This document shows positions 11,952 through 25,772 of a stretch of 64,000 bases of DNA, piece after piece. This DNA is from Utricularia gibba (Eukaryota > Plantae > Magnoliophyta). A program made the position numbers and the translations under genes. The notes below the pieces were generated by a model. The model searched no databases and was not told where the DNA came from. It saw only the letters and a list, made by a program, of their open reading frames with translations. The DNA lies in the NCBI GenBank assembly GCA_002189035.1, contig NEEC01000002.1, positions 5,580,001-5,644,000 of the forward strand, given 5' to 3'. The first letter of the stretch is position 1. The number at the start of each line of letters is the position of its first letter.

Positions 11952-13447
11952 CATCCCTTGTCGTAATTGATTGGATCCCTCAACATAGAAATCATTGTAA
12001 ACAGATATATCAATATCATCAACATATAAGAAGTCCATTCAATCCGGTGATTTAATTTGAGTTTCAAAACAAGTTTATGATAGATGATCAGAAATCACCA
12101 GAATTTCATTATCCTCAGAGTCATTCATTGATATCTGAGGGTTCATTATCAGCATACATCGCCCCCTCTAAATCAGACTTTTCAATAGGGGCCGTTGAGG
12201 TCTCATAAGTTTGATTTACGTGACCTCTGTTATCATATATCTCATCTGAAACATATTCATGATCACCTAAAATAAAAGATTAAAATACAAAATATTGAAT
12301 AGAAAATAGTAATGTTAAAAAATAGAAAGAGATTAAAGAATTTAATCAACACAAGAATGTGAAGATGGAATTCTAACCATATCGAGACGAAAACTCCCAA
12401 AAAGGATCAAATGGCGCATCCAAGTCTTGTATTGGATAACTGTTATTGTTGCACTCCTTACTAGTTTGTTCGTTTAATTTGAACCTTCAATCTGCAATTG
12501 TAAAAAATTTCATGTCATTTTATATCACAACTTATGATCGAAAACCTTAAAATTTCTCTAAATTTCACATGGAGCATGACTACTAGAAGTCCACTCCCAT
12601 CGTGGGTTTGTTTTGATGAACAATTCAATTCCATACTCCGAATTGGTAGGTGATAAAATATAATGTAATATGTCAGTACTTGAAATCTCCATAAAATTTG
12701 TATTTCTGGATTCCGCATCATGGAATTTTGTATTTAAGGTAAATTGAAAATACAAGGGTGATATTTGGAGGGTCTCATCTATAATTTTAATAAGTTTATC
12801 AAGAATAGATGTGCATTTCACTTTGATGATTTTCACAGGGTCTCTATCGTATGCAATGTATCCAGATGCATTTTGAATTAGATTTCCTCCGTAGAACACT
12901 TTGACAAGAACCTTACTCATTATCCTTTAATGAAAAAAAAATTAGAAGAGAAATTAATGAAAAAAATTACTTAAAAGTGAAATACAATGCCTATTATATG
13001 AGATTGTCAAATTTCACTTAATGATAGCACCACTTGTAGTCGAGAAGTTGAGAAAAAAACTGATACGATTCATACTAAAGAAGTCTTTTAACATAAAAGA
13101 TGAAAACAAATATTTTATATTGTGTGACTGTGATTTGTAAAAGATAGTATGAAAATAAATAAGTGAAGGAAGATAGTGGGAACGGATATCATAAAAATCA
13201 AATGAATAATATAAATTTCAATTTGTATTTTAAATGTTTTTAAACTTTTTTTGTTATGTAATATTTAAATTTTTTCAAGTCTTATATTTTAAAGATATTA
13301 CTTTAACATTCATTATTGTAAATTTAAAAATTAAAAAATTTATATACAAAAACCATATTAATAAAATGAAATAACTGATGATGTCATGTATGCAACATCC
13401 ATAGGTGGGCGCTACTTACCATGTTCATAATGCCCAACTCTGGCATT

Positions 13448-13717
13448 GCTTGTTAAAATAAACAATCAATCCAATAATTTTTTTTAAAAAAAGTGAATTA
13501 ATAGATATTTTATAATTCTATTAAATTAAAAATTCAATATTAATTTAAAGTATGCTTTTATTATTATATAATAGTTAGAATTTAAATAATAATTAGAATT
13601 TAATTAAAATGTGGTATTTTATAAATGAAAATTAGAGCATTATGTAAATATAAAAAAAATTAAGGATTTTCATAAAACAAAATATATAATTTGTGGTATT
13701 AAACTTATTTTCGTATT
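13448..13717 (-). repeat. Right copy of the ~280-bp inverted repeat (candidate MULE TIR)
   Basis: Reverse-complement match to 3231-3511, about 530 bp upstream of the transposase ATG. Confidence 0.75.
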
Positions 13718-16700
13718 ATTGTACAAAGTAATTTATAGATTTATGTCATTTTACAAAAAAAAATAAAAAATAAGTAATTTACAAATGAAAAATTATAACT
13801 CATATAAAATACCAATAAAATAAAAATTTACAGTATTTTTTTAATCTCTATCATTTGATACATATATCTACCAAATTTAGTCAAAAAGTTCCGGTAGATT
13901 GCAAATGAAAAATTGTAATCCATATAAGATATCAATAAAATAAAAAGTTACGGTATTTTGTCAACTTATTTCCTCTTACACACGTATTTAGCAAATTTGG
14001 CCATGAATACAAGGTAAAAGATTCTAATTCAAACCTCCTCTGAACTCCTTTAATTAGGTGTATACATGTACTTTTTGCAAATGGCTTGCAAAATACCTGA
14101 TGTTATGTTAAATCTGGTTAGGTTTGCAAATGAATATTTCATTTGTATATTAATATTAATATTAACATTAATATTTTTAATGAAATTTAGTACATTAATA
14201 TTAATTTCATATTTGTATATAATAAATAAAAAATAAAGTATTTTTAATATTTAGTGTAATATCAAATTAAATATTATATATTTTTTCATATAGTATAATT
14301 ATATAAAAATTATTATAATATACTACAATACACATATTTTTATAATTTTTCTTGCAAATACATATATTTTAAAATATTTTTAATTTGTAAATTACATGTA
14401 TTTTGCAAATAGTTTGCAAAACATCATGTATTTTACAAACTATTTTCAAAACATAATTTCTGAAAGTACATCAACACGGCCAATTTAGCCCTTCTTTCCA
14501 TGTGTTGGAATAGCTTTTTTCAGATTTGCACATTCTGAATTGGAGACATCAGTTTCGAGAAGTAGCAAGGTCTGGTCTGCCGACCACACAACATAATTAC
14601 ACTGCAAATTCACATGAACTCCATGTGTACTACTTAGTGGTTTATGTGCAGAACACATATACATCTAATGTATGGTCTTTTTTGACAAAATAAAAATAAT
14701 TTTATTTACTTTGTTTAATAAATTATAATTTAGTAAAATATACATCCTATTTATAATTATCTGAGTGCTTGAAAAAAATTATTTCAAAAACAATTTTCTT
14801 TCCATACAAATAATTTTTCACACATCCAAATTGGTATATAGGGAACTAAAAGCGTCCTACTTATTTTTTTAAACATTTGAAAATCAAAGTAAAATAAAAA
14901 TGTTAAAAGTAAGGTAGACCAATGTTTTTTTCCAATCTTATGTTAATGAAATATTTTCAATTTGAATGGATTTAAAATAAGGATATTATGTTTTAATTTG
15001 TTTATATAATTTTTATTTAGCTTAAATGAAGAAAACTTCTAATGTAAAAACCAATTTCATCCGCCGGTATGCATGGACCCACTCTCATCGCGAAAGCAGC
15101 TTCAGTAATTCCACGACAGTCGAGTGGTTCTCGATTGGGACGGGACCTGTGCTTAAAAATAGTTAATATAACCAATAAAAAATTAAAAATTGACATTACA
15201 AAAAAGTAAATTCAAAAATTTAAAAATTATATAACATGTTATTTCTAATTAATATCTAAAATAATAATTAATGGATTCGACTCGTTGGATTACTCCTCCC
15301 ATCTTAAAACACATCTCGTGAGGGAACCAAACCAACACAAAACATTTAAAACTTTGTTTGGAACAATTTATATTTTTTTCAATATTTTTGTAAACAGTTT
15401 TATTATAAATAATTAAGTATTTTTATTCAAAAAAACCTAAAAATTTAGAAGCATATATCATTTTTAAGAAGTTGGAAATTCACATCTTTTAATTTTTCAA
15501 AATCAAGATAAATATAGGGAACACAAGGTGAGGATGGTGAGCCTCGATTTGCCGTAACAGAGACCGGACACATGTAAGTAACTGTGTGATGTGGTATTGA
15601 TGAGGCATGGACCCCGGACAGACGCACACTTCATAAATAGCATGAAAAACTAGGTACATCGGACACCACAACTTGTACCTAAATCTTACCTTCACATTAC
15701 CCTAATAATAAATTGCATCAAGATGGACAATTTTTATTATTATTTTCTTGGACAACTGTAGGAAAATATTGTCGGTTTGAAATTGTCAAAAACCACTGGA
15801 AAATAAATAGATAAATAAATACCTCGAGTGGATGATTTTTTAAGGCAGATCAGATGTTTTGTGACATATCACACATTGGTTATAGAAGAAAAGAAAATGT
15901 TAAATATTAGTAACTTCTTAATTTTACACGAAGTATTTTTTTAAAAGAGAAACATATAAAACCGTTAGGATTAAATGTTCAAAACGAACAATATCATATA
16001 AAACGAGAATGTTACACACTTGATTTAGATGATATTTTCTTATTATTTTCATTTTTGTTTCAATACCGAGATTTAGATGATCATCTGATTTTGTTAGTAA
16101 TTTATAACTAATGTCACAATAGTATATTCAAGTTAATGAATGGAGAACATCTGTTCAATACAATTGAGGCTTTACTATTATCGAAATATCAATTTTTGAA
16201 GAGGTGTTTTAAAAATAATTTTATTATTAAATATGAAAGATTTTTATTTTAAAAATTTTGATAAAGTATGATAATGAATCTAATTGTTGACTCTCAAGTC
16301 GTCCCGAACCTAACCCCATGGCCCATGAAATAAAGACGCCATCAGGGAGTTCATTTGTGGAGTGACCAAATCCCATATCAATCGCCAATTAGAGAGACAA
16401 ATGTTTCCAAATGTAGACGCTACAAGCATATGTTATCTGATCAGACAACACGCACATCTTCAAATCTAATTTCGAAATTCCTATATTTGAATTATATAAT
16501 TAATGCTTTATTTAAAATAACATTTTATTGGATAAATTGTTTAGAATATATTAAAAAAATCAAACTTTGATTAATTAAAAAAATTGATTTAAAAAAATAT
16601 AATTAGGTTGGACAGGAATCGTGTGTGCATGTTATCATCAACAAGCCAGCTCTGGGAGTTGATGGAGGCAGCGCCGGGGCTGCGCAGTTGGTTCCATTAA

Positions 16701-16720
16701 ATTCGCACAGCGACAGCGCC

Positions 16721-16730
16721 ATTTATAAAA
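16721..16730 (+). promoter_or_regulatory. TATA box of the GDSL gene
   Basis: ATTTATAAAA about 70 bp upstream of the ATG at 16795. Confidence 0.55.
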
Positions 16731-16794
16731 GCCCCTGAACATTCACATGCTCAGTAGCAGTAGCAGCAGCAGCAGCCTACTCGTCTGACACGAG

Positions 16795-18222
16795 ATGCCT
16801 TCTTCTCCATCTTCCTGGATTCCACTTTTGGCTGCTCTAGCAGTCGCGGCGGCGGTGCTGCTGCCTGCGGCGGACGCCCGCGCGTTCTTCATATTCGGCG
16901 ACTCTCTCGTCGATAATGGCAACAACAACTACCTGCTCACCACTGCTAGAGCGGATTCTCCGCCTTACGGCATCGATTATCCTCCCACGCACCGCCCTAC
17001 GGGACGATTCTCTAACGGATACAACATTCCGGATCTCATAAGTACGTATTTTTTTTGTAAATTCCCTCAGATCTCGACCGCATTGTAATGTTCCTGACAT
17101 AAATCGCTTCCAGGTCAAGCTCTCGGCGCCGAATCGACACTTCCGTACTTGAGCCCCGAGTTAGACGGAGAAAGGTTGCTCGTCGGGGCTAATTTCGCCT
17201 CTGCCGGGATCGGGATTCTCAATGACACCGGTGTCCAGTTTGTACGCGTCCTGATCCGCCGTTTTTTTTTCTTTTCTCGTCTCGATGCCAACGGTTTACC
17301 GAATGAATTGAGTGTCTTTGGATAATGCAGGTGACTATCATCAGGATTAGCCAGCAGATTGAGTTTTTCCGGGAGTATCAGCGGCGGGTGGCGGCGATGA
17401 TCGGAGAAGATGCGATGCAATCGCTCGTGAATGGGGCTCTTGTGCTGAGTACCCTTGGAGGCAACGACTTTGTTAATAATTACTTTTTTTCTTCATATAG
17501 AAGGTCGCAGTACAATCTCCAGGATTTTTCCGTCCTCCTCATCACCGAATACAGAAAGATTTTAATGGTAACTTTTTTTGAATATTATTTAAAAAAAGAA
17601 AAAAAATCTTGATATATAAATTTTGAGATTTTTTTTTTTTTTTTTTTTACTAATTTGTGTGCCGCAGACATTTTACGAATTGGGGGCGAGGCGGGTTCTA
17701 GTGACCGGCACCGGGCCGTTAGGGTGCGTGCCCTCCCAGCTATCGCAGACCAGGAACGGGAAATGCGCGCCGGAGCCACAACGCGCCGCCGCCATCTTCA
17801 ACCCTTTACTCCTCCAAATGGTCAGCGAACTCAACCGTGAGGTCGGCTCCGACGTCTTCATCTCCGCCGACGCCCACGCAAAGCAAAACGACTTCATCGA
17901 CTACCCCCAAAACTTCGGTAAGTAGACACACCACTGACGGCGGCTTCAAATGAAACGGCCGGAATAACGAACCTGTGATGCCATGGCAGGGTTCGTGTCG
18001 TCGAAGGTGGCATGCTGTGGACAGGGACCCTTCAACGGAATGGGGATCTGCAACCCGACGTCGAATCTGTGTCCTGATCGGAATAAATATGCGTTCTGGG
18101 ACCCGTTTCACCCCACGGAAAAGGCGTGCCGACTGATCGTGGAGACGATGATATCCGGGTCGGAGAAGTACATGTTCCCGATGAACTTGTCGACCATCAT
18201 CGCATTGGATTCCAGAGTATGA
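16795..18222 (+). CDS. GDSL esterase/lipase, LTL1/At5g33370-like, secreted, 364 aa
   Basis: Exons 16795-17041, 17114-17241, 17331-17567, 17668-17917 and 17990-18222 total 1095 nt in frame. Signal peptide, [24 protein letters not shown] and FWDPFHP are all intact. Confidence 0.95.
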
Positions 18223-21200
18223 TCAAAATGTCATCTTGTTGCATTGCCACCGAATAGTAGCCTTCCCTCATCCTACTTCATCTCACAAATAACAAAAGTC
18301 TCCTTTTCGGAATAAGATGATATTTAGGTCGATATTATTTTAAAAACTATTATTGATGTTTTCATTTCATTATACTATTTTTGTTAAATATAATATATTA
18401 TAATAGTTTTCGGAATACTCCCAAGGATTGCATGAGTAGTTTTAGTATGTTTAAGTGGTTGTTTGATATTAGATTATAAGTATGTTTAAATATAATATAA
18501 TTGGATATATATATATATATTCAGTTATATATAACATCTGATATTTGATAATAAAATTTTAAGTATGTATGTAATATAAATATAATTAACTTTCACCATT
18601 TTATATGTATATATCATTCATTTACTCAAAAAATGAGTATTTGAACAATATAACACACAAGGTTACCATACATATACTAAGATTTACCGTCGTAAATTTA
18701 CATTCTTGAAACGTAGATGCATTGTCTTTATTCTATCATTAATTTTAACTCGCATGGAGTCATGTGTAGTTGCCCCCTTTTTATTTTTTTTTCCGTTTTC
18801 GAAGTCTTTGATATTTTATTATTTGTTTTACTTTTATAGTAAATCTGAAAATCTTAATTTCCCATGGGATATTATTAGCTATTATTTAGATTATGGTTGA
18901 ATTCGAATCAACTGCGACATGCATAGATTATTCTGTTTTATACGAATTCATGTATACAAAAGACAAATTTTTGGACATACATACATACGTATTCAATAAA
19001 TTTTTATTAAAATAACATTTTAAACTTTCGTCAAGTGATTGCTATGTATATTAGCGCTTTTCCTAAAAAAACAAAATTCTTCAAAAATTTTAATTTGTTA
19101 GACAAATATTTATTTTTTAATAATATTTTTTATTTTAAATACTGGTACATTTAAAATTAGTCGATCGTAACACTTGCCGATCATGGCAAACAAATGCATT
19201 TAATAGGAAAGTCAAAGATTGAAGACGAATGGTTTAATGAGGCTGCACATGCACATGGCATGATGAAGATGATGGCGACACATCCATCCAGCATGATCCT
19301 CCCCCAGCAGAAAAGGTCTTACGTGGCGGAACCACATCCAACCAATCCCGATTGTCCCCCCACCCTTCACAATGAATATTAATTTCACTACCTTATGTGA
19401 TAAGATGTGTTGAATAAACATGTCACGACAATCAAATACGTTAAAACTATTTATATTAAATGTACACATTGTTGGGTTTATTATAGGATTAATCATTCGG
19501 AGCAGAGTAATCAGGCTCAATTTTAATCTAAATGTTTTATTGTGTTCATCTCAAAGATTTTAATAAAGGCGAAATTAATAATTACAAATACAATTATTAA
19601 TAAATATGAATAAATATGTCATTTAATTACTAAAATCAATTCTTATTTTTTACATTCCAATTATGAATTTATTTTATAATAATTATTATGAATTTAAATA
19701 TATATTAATTTCATTCTATCATAATTTTTAATTATGTTAAAATCAATTCTGAAGTGATTTTTTTAAACATAGTTTTGGTTGTAGTAGATCTTATGTTTAA
19801 TATTGTTGGGATATACTTCGATTTTCTAGTGTTATTAAATTATTTATTTTTATTCCTGTTTGACGACTGTCCTCCATAGTCCAATATTCATTGAATTATT
19901 GACAATAATTTAATCATGGACCTTAATGATTTAGGCACTTTATTCCGCTTTGCGTTTGTCAACAATTCTTGATGTACGGATATTTGGTACGTATAGAATC
20001 AATCAACTTCCCCCGTGCTACAAAAGGCGAAGTTGGTGACACCAAATGCCTTTCTTTTTTTAGTTTCTCATTACCTTAATTAATATAAAATCTGCCTTTT
20101 TTTGTTATATTACCTTAGTTGAATATGAATGGTCGGAATTCATCGCTGCCACATTCTAGTGGAAGACGAAATGAAGGAAGGCGTGGAGGATGGAAGGAAT
20201 GGATGAAACTACTTGTGTTAAAGAGTTCATTGAAACTAAGGTTAAAGAATTGTTTATTGATGTAAAACAAGATTTGAAAGCAATCAATTTGAAAAAAATT
20301 AAGGGCATGTTCTAAACTATTTTTTTTTACTTTTAATTTTAAAAAATAGAATGAAAAATAATTTGGAACACAAAAATATTCTACCTACTATTTCTAATTT
20401 CTCAACTACTACTATTTTTTACAAAATATAGTAAGTATGATAAGTAGTTTTGGCTTATTTATATCTTCTTATTTTTACTTATTTACTTAAATTTTGCACG
20501 TTTATTTCTCAAAACAAAAATATATTCATTTATCATGTTATACTATTATTTTCCTTTCACATATTTGTATTTTGCTTTGGTTTTTATCTCACATCCAAGT
20601 GCAATATCGAATATTTAGATTTGTGTATGGGTTTTTGTTTTTAGTCCAAATCTATTGTATTGTATGAATTTTTCTTTTTATGTATTTTTAGTTTTGTTAA
20701 TTAAGATTGATTCAGTGTTGGATATTGTAATAGGTTAGCATGCATATTTTTTTCTGGTCAAATTTTGTCAATTTAGTTGTTGATTTTAAGTTGAAATTTC
20801 TTATCTTTTGTATTAACGAGTTTGAAGTGATAGATGAAATTCCTTACAAGAGTGTGTAGTGATAGATGAAATCTTTAAGATTAAGGTTTTGTTTAAAATA
20901 GCTTTTTGTTTCTAAATAATTATTTTATAAATAGTTTATTATTAAATATGAATTAATTATATTGCAAAAAAAATTATATAAAGAAATCATATAACCCCAA
21001 CTTCTAATTTACCAAAAACACTTATTTATCCAAAGACTAAATTGTTAATAAAATAAAGTAAATGATTATTAGTAAATTAATAATACAAAATGGTAGATTG
21101 TCAAAGGTGTCACCAAACCTGATCCTCTGGTTGGAGATGAGATCTGCTCAACTGCCACGGTTGAACATGGGAGCCAACATTAATGAATGCTCTCTCCCTT

Positions 21201-21691
21201 ACAAAAAAACGACCATGATTAAGGTTGATGACCAAATATAATAATTAAATTATATGATATAAATATTTTTAATTAGGTAAAAAATGAATAATATAATTTT
21301 ATATATACATTGTATTTAATTATTAAAAAAATATAATAAATTAAATAATTTTTAAAATTAATCACACAATCAGAATTTATGATTTTATTATATAATAATT
21401 AAAAAATAGAATACTTAAAAATTAAATATAATCAATTAAAGAAATTATGTTCACCCAACATCTCCAAAAAAGAATCTTTTCTTTTTTTTCAACATTTTAA
21501 TATCAAAAAGCAGAATCTAATGATTTCAACTACTGTGGGACCACTCTCGTATGAATTATTCAAAAACGATAATTAATTTAGAAGTGGCCCTCGATGGATT
21601 CGTTCAGGTTTCACTGAATCCCATGTATTGTAAGAAAACAGACTCAGACTGATCAACAGAGCCGCCATAGCTTGATCTGCAAGAGGAAGCC

Positions 21692-24219
21692 ATGGTCTCA
21701 ACCCCAGAGCTCCAAGTCAACCTCGATTCTGCACCAGCTCAGACCCAACAAGCTTCAAGCAAACAAGATGGTGGAACTTTCCGGCATCATCTGGTTACTG
21801 TCTTTGTTCTCATTATCTGCATTCAAATTATGTTTCAGGGGAGGAGATAACGGCAAACCCGGAACATCTCATAAACGTCTTCGAGATCGAATCCTCATCA
21901 TCTGAGAGTGATGAAGACTCGCAGAGTGCAGATGGTACTGTTGACTGTTGTGCAGCTTATATTCACCGATCGTTCCACATATTCATTCTGTGACTATTTT
22001 AGAGAATAGAGAATCTGATTCGAGTTGATTGACTAATTATATTGCATTTGTGATGATTTCAGAGCGTTGCGAGGGCGCTCCTTGCTGGCTGGGAGAACTC
22101 ATTGACGCAGTCGATGAGTGCGAGTGGAAGACGGTGATCAAGATTCAGACAAGGCACAAGGAGGCGGCCACCGCGAGGGTGACGCGTGGAGAAGATACGC
22201 CCCTGATGGTTGCACTCATGAGTGATGCGAGCTTGCGGTATATCCGGAAGCTCGTGTCGCTTATGTCGCGTGAAGCTTTGGCCGTCAGCGACTTCTCCGG
22301 CAACACGGCGTTGCACAAGGCGGCGTGGCATGGGAACATCAAGGCGGCGAAGCTTCTGATAGAGAAGAATGAGAATTTGCCTAATGTGTTTAACAACATT
22401 AATTGGCTGCCTGTACATGTTGCCGTACGAAGATCCCACCAGAAGATGACTCTGTACTTGCTGTCTAAAACAAGTCCAGAACGCATGCTTCTCGAGCCAA
22501 GAGACGCCATGATCCTCGAGTTCTCCATCAAAACCGAGCGCTACGGTAAGGAAACCACGAGGGATATAGCGCTTCCATGTTCATTTTCCAATCTGAGATA
22601 ACTGGTTCTAGCATTGCTCAGATTTGGCTCGATACATTGTGGAGTACAATACTCGATTGGCTTTTGAGATGGAGGATATTCCCTCCCCTTTGGATGTGTT
22701 GGCTCATAGTTCTTCTTCATTCCCAAGTGGAATGAAACTCAGCTCGTGCCAATCAGTCCTATATAACTGTGAGCTTCTCTGTGAAATCTTCATATCTTAC
22801 TCCCAACCTCAACCTCCTTTAAAGCTTTTGTTGTTTCTCTCTGCCTCTCAAGGTGTTCCAGAGAAGCTGATGGTGATGGACAGCATTTCACTAGTTAGAA
22901 ACCATTTCTCTACTCCCAACACAACAAAGAAGAGGATCCTCCGGGGTGTGAATCGTGACCTTTTGTTCATTGCCGATTTCCTGCGTTTCTGAAATGACTG
23001 AAGCCTATACGCTTTTGCAGTTTGCGAGGAACTATATGCATGCTTTTGGGTCGCTTTAGAACTGATCGGTAAGCTCGAACAAAAAAAAAAAAAAGCCACG
23101 TGAATACGATTTTGCATGGCTGAAAGTGTTTATGATAAATTTACCCAGTGTTTCCCATGAAGCAAGTTCGTCGTGAAAAGGCGAAGCATTTTCATGCCAT
23201 GGAACTGGTGGAGTTGCTGTGTGAGAAAATATCTTCCACCGAAGAGGAAGCCCTGTTCAAAGACCCACTGCTTCATGCGGCGACAAATGGGATATATGAG
23301 ATGGTGGAAGAGATCAGAGACTGGTGCCGATCCGCTCGAAACTTCGAAGACGAGCAAGGCCGCAATTTCTTCGAGTTGGGAGTGATCAATCGCCATGAAA
23401 AGACGCTCAAGGTTCTGGAGGACTATCAAGAAAAGGTTCACATTTTGAACCGAGTGGACAGTGACGATAACAACATACTGCATCTGGTGGGACGTGAGCC
23501 ACGATACGATGATTTCGGCTCCGGTGCTGTTTTCAAAATGCAACTCGAGTTGCTATGGTTCCAGGTGACGTAAATCTTTCCTTTCAGGAGTTCCATGGGA
23601 GCGATTTCTTAGACACAGGTTTTGTTGTTTACAGGAATTGGCATCAATCTACCCTGAGCTGAAAACGAGGCTGAACAGAGACAGAAAAACTCCCCTGATG
23701 ATCTTCAACGAGGAGCATTCAGAGATCGCTAAAAGCGAGCTGAATCGCCTCAACTCGATGGCAACGTCCTGCTCCGTGGCGGCATCCATAATAGCAACGG
23801 TGGCATTTGCCGCCGCGATCACAGTCCCCGGCGGAAATAACAGCGACGGCCTCCCCAATTTTTCTCGCAGGAACTCCTTCACCGTGTTCATGGTCTCGGA
23901 TGCGCTGGCGGTGGTGAGCTCGATCACGACGCTGGTGTCGTTTCTGTCCATCTTCACGTCGCAGTACGTCGCCCATGACTTCGTGTACGCGATTCCGAAC
24001 AGAGTGATCTTAGGGCTCATCTCCCTCATGTTTTCCATCGTGTTTTTGATGGTGGCGTTTGGGAGCACCGTGGTGCTGGTTGAAGCCGCCCGCAGGCCCT
24101 TCGTTCTGCTGCCTATCGTGCTCCTGGGCTGCGTGCCGGCGGCCGTGTTTGTGCTGTTGCAGGTCCCTACGCTTCTCAAGATGATCTCCTCCACCTACGG
24201 CCCCTCCATTTTCAAGTAG
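21692..24219 (+). CDS. Ankyrin-repeat protein with C-terminal PGG transmembrane domain (ACD6/ITN1-like)
   Basis: Exons 21692-21770, 21839-21934, 22063-22545, 22622-22768, 22853-22945, 23149-23564 and 23635-24219 are phase-consistent. ANK motifs GNTALHKAAWHGN and NILHLVG; ATVAFAAAITVPGG followed by hydrophobic helices. The first exon is the least certain. Confidence 0.88.
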
Positions 24220-24659
24220 CTCTATTTATAGTTTCTATATGGAGTTTGAGTTGAATAGAATTATGGATTCTGCCTCCTTATTGTTACATTAAATTGAAGT
24301 ATAGCAATTCTTAGGTTGAGTCAAATTCTGATCATGAATTCTATTTATTTTTACGTTAAATTAAATTACCTTGAATCGAATTTAATTTAACTTAACCTTA
24401 TATTTATTTTTTTAAATTTCACCTTTTATGATAGATTAAACCTGATTTTAGGCTTTATTATTCAATTTATTTAACTTGATATTTTATTGGAATTTCAATA
24501 ATTTTCAAAAAATAAAAATAGAAACATTTTATAAAAATAAAAATTACGATTAAGGGTCTTCAACAAAAATTAAAATAAAAGAGGAATAAAAAATAAAATA
24601 AAATAAAATAATATTATAGATAAAGGTAGATCAAATAAGTGCGTGAAATCGGTTATTTA

Positions 24660-25772
24660 AACTACTTTATATCGTGAATGTAGAAATTGAAATTTTTTAC
24701 ATTCACGTGTAAAAAAAGTAAACAATCTTATCATATAAGCAAGATTATTGTCATATAAACAAGACTCTTGCCACGTAAACAACACTACTGCCTACTAAGC
24801 ATACTCTCGTCTACTAAGCAGACTCACATTGAGTCGCTAAAACAAAATAGTATTTTAACACAAGGTGCTTTAATTTACTTTTAATGACACAAAATTGAAA
24901 ATACTTATTTATGTGCCAATGACTAACACAAAAATAAGCTTACTTTTTAGATTTAAATCTCAATCCTACTTCTAAAACAGGATTATCAAGATCATAGTTT
25001 ATATATACTCGTTTAATAGGCAATTCATTGGCAAACATCATCTCTCCCATTTGAAATAAAATAGCCAATCTTTCAGAAGCATTACCTGAAAACTGATATC
25101 CCAAACTTGCTGTGTGTAAAACAGGAACTTGTAACAATTGATTACCGATATCAAAATTTTCTTGAAACCCATCTTCATCAATGTTTCCAACTGTCATTGA
25201 CTCATGTTCTGATTCTAAAAATGAAGAATGAGAATTGTGTATTGGAAGAGAATTAGATGTTACTATGTTATCAAACTCTTCAATGAAAAAAGAAACAGAA
25301 TTAAAAATTGCAAAAGTGAACGAATTGATTTTGATTGAATTCTATATTTATAGTTGAATTAATTAATTTTTAATTCATTTTATGAGCACTATATTAATTT
25401 AAAAATTAAAAAACCCATCATTATCAATTATAAGATCACATGCACCAAATGCGTAATTGATGGATCTTGTTCGAGCAAAGGGAGCACGAGCATCAAATGC
25501 ATAATTAATGGATCTTGTCAGAATAAATGGACAAACTCTCACTAGTATAAATAGTCTCTTGCTTAACTGGCGAGATTATTGCTTATTAGGCGAAAATGTT
25601 GCTTAGTAAGCGAGAATATTCAAGGTAAACCAAAGTCTTACTTAGTAGGTAAGAATATTGTTTACGTGGCAAGAGTCTTACTTATATGACAAGAGTTTTA
25701 TATATGTGGTAAGATTGTTTAATTTCTCACGCAAAAAAGCTCAATTTCCACACTCATAATATAAAGTAGATT
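24660..25772. mobile_element. Non-autonomous MULE derivative with long TIRs made of ~20-bp subrepeats and a truncated transposase N-terminus
   Basis: 24660-24830 matches the reverse complement of ~25560-25772 (shared AAGACTCTTGCCACGTAAACAA). The internal minus-strand ORF ends LEVGLRFKSKK, a MuDR N-terminal motif. No TSD resolved. Confidence 0.7.

Larger units (their letters stand above)
8300..12920 (-). pseudogene. MuDR/MULE transposase (mudrA-like), split by two solo LTRs
   Basis: N-terminus MSKVLVKVFYGG (ORF 12558-12920); MuDR domain ..KLVEPHTC; MULE domain VFWAF..EGFQYYRSVLCVDATHLYG..VCIISDRAY..HRWCNFHI; EKWILLYDGG, MTINHVECMNNVLRSARRLP; SWIM finger YRVNVRDQTCDCG..LCSH. Many stops. Confidence 0.9.
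3231..13717 (-). mobile_element. Composite Mutator-like element (MULE) carrying a mudrA-like transposase and a second TRP28-FCP1 gene, with three LTR insertions
   Basis: The transposase and cargo gene are co-oriented between the two inverted repeats. No 9-bp TSD was found, so the boundaries are inferred. Confidence 0.55.

Noticed and set aside
15430-15700. GC-richer island with splice-like signals and short ORFs on both strands
   Set aside because: No recognisable motif and no consistent exon chain.
19194-19382. Short ORF ending PPTLHNEY, resembling CLE/RGF peptides
   Set aside because: No signal peptide, no DY motif and no CLE box.
21085-21200. Possible tRNA-derived SINE (A/B-box-like motifs); a similar stretch lies at ~39960-40080
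   Set aside because: Boxes are too degenerate, with no TSD or tail to support the call.
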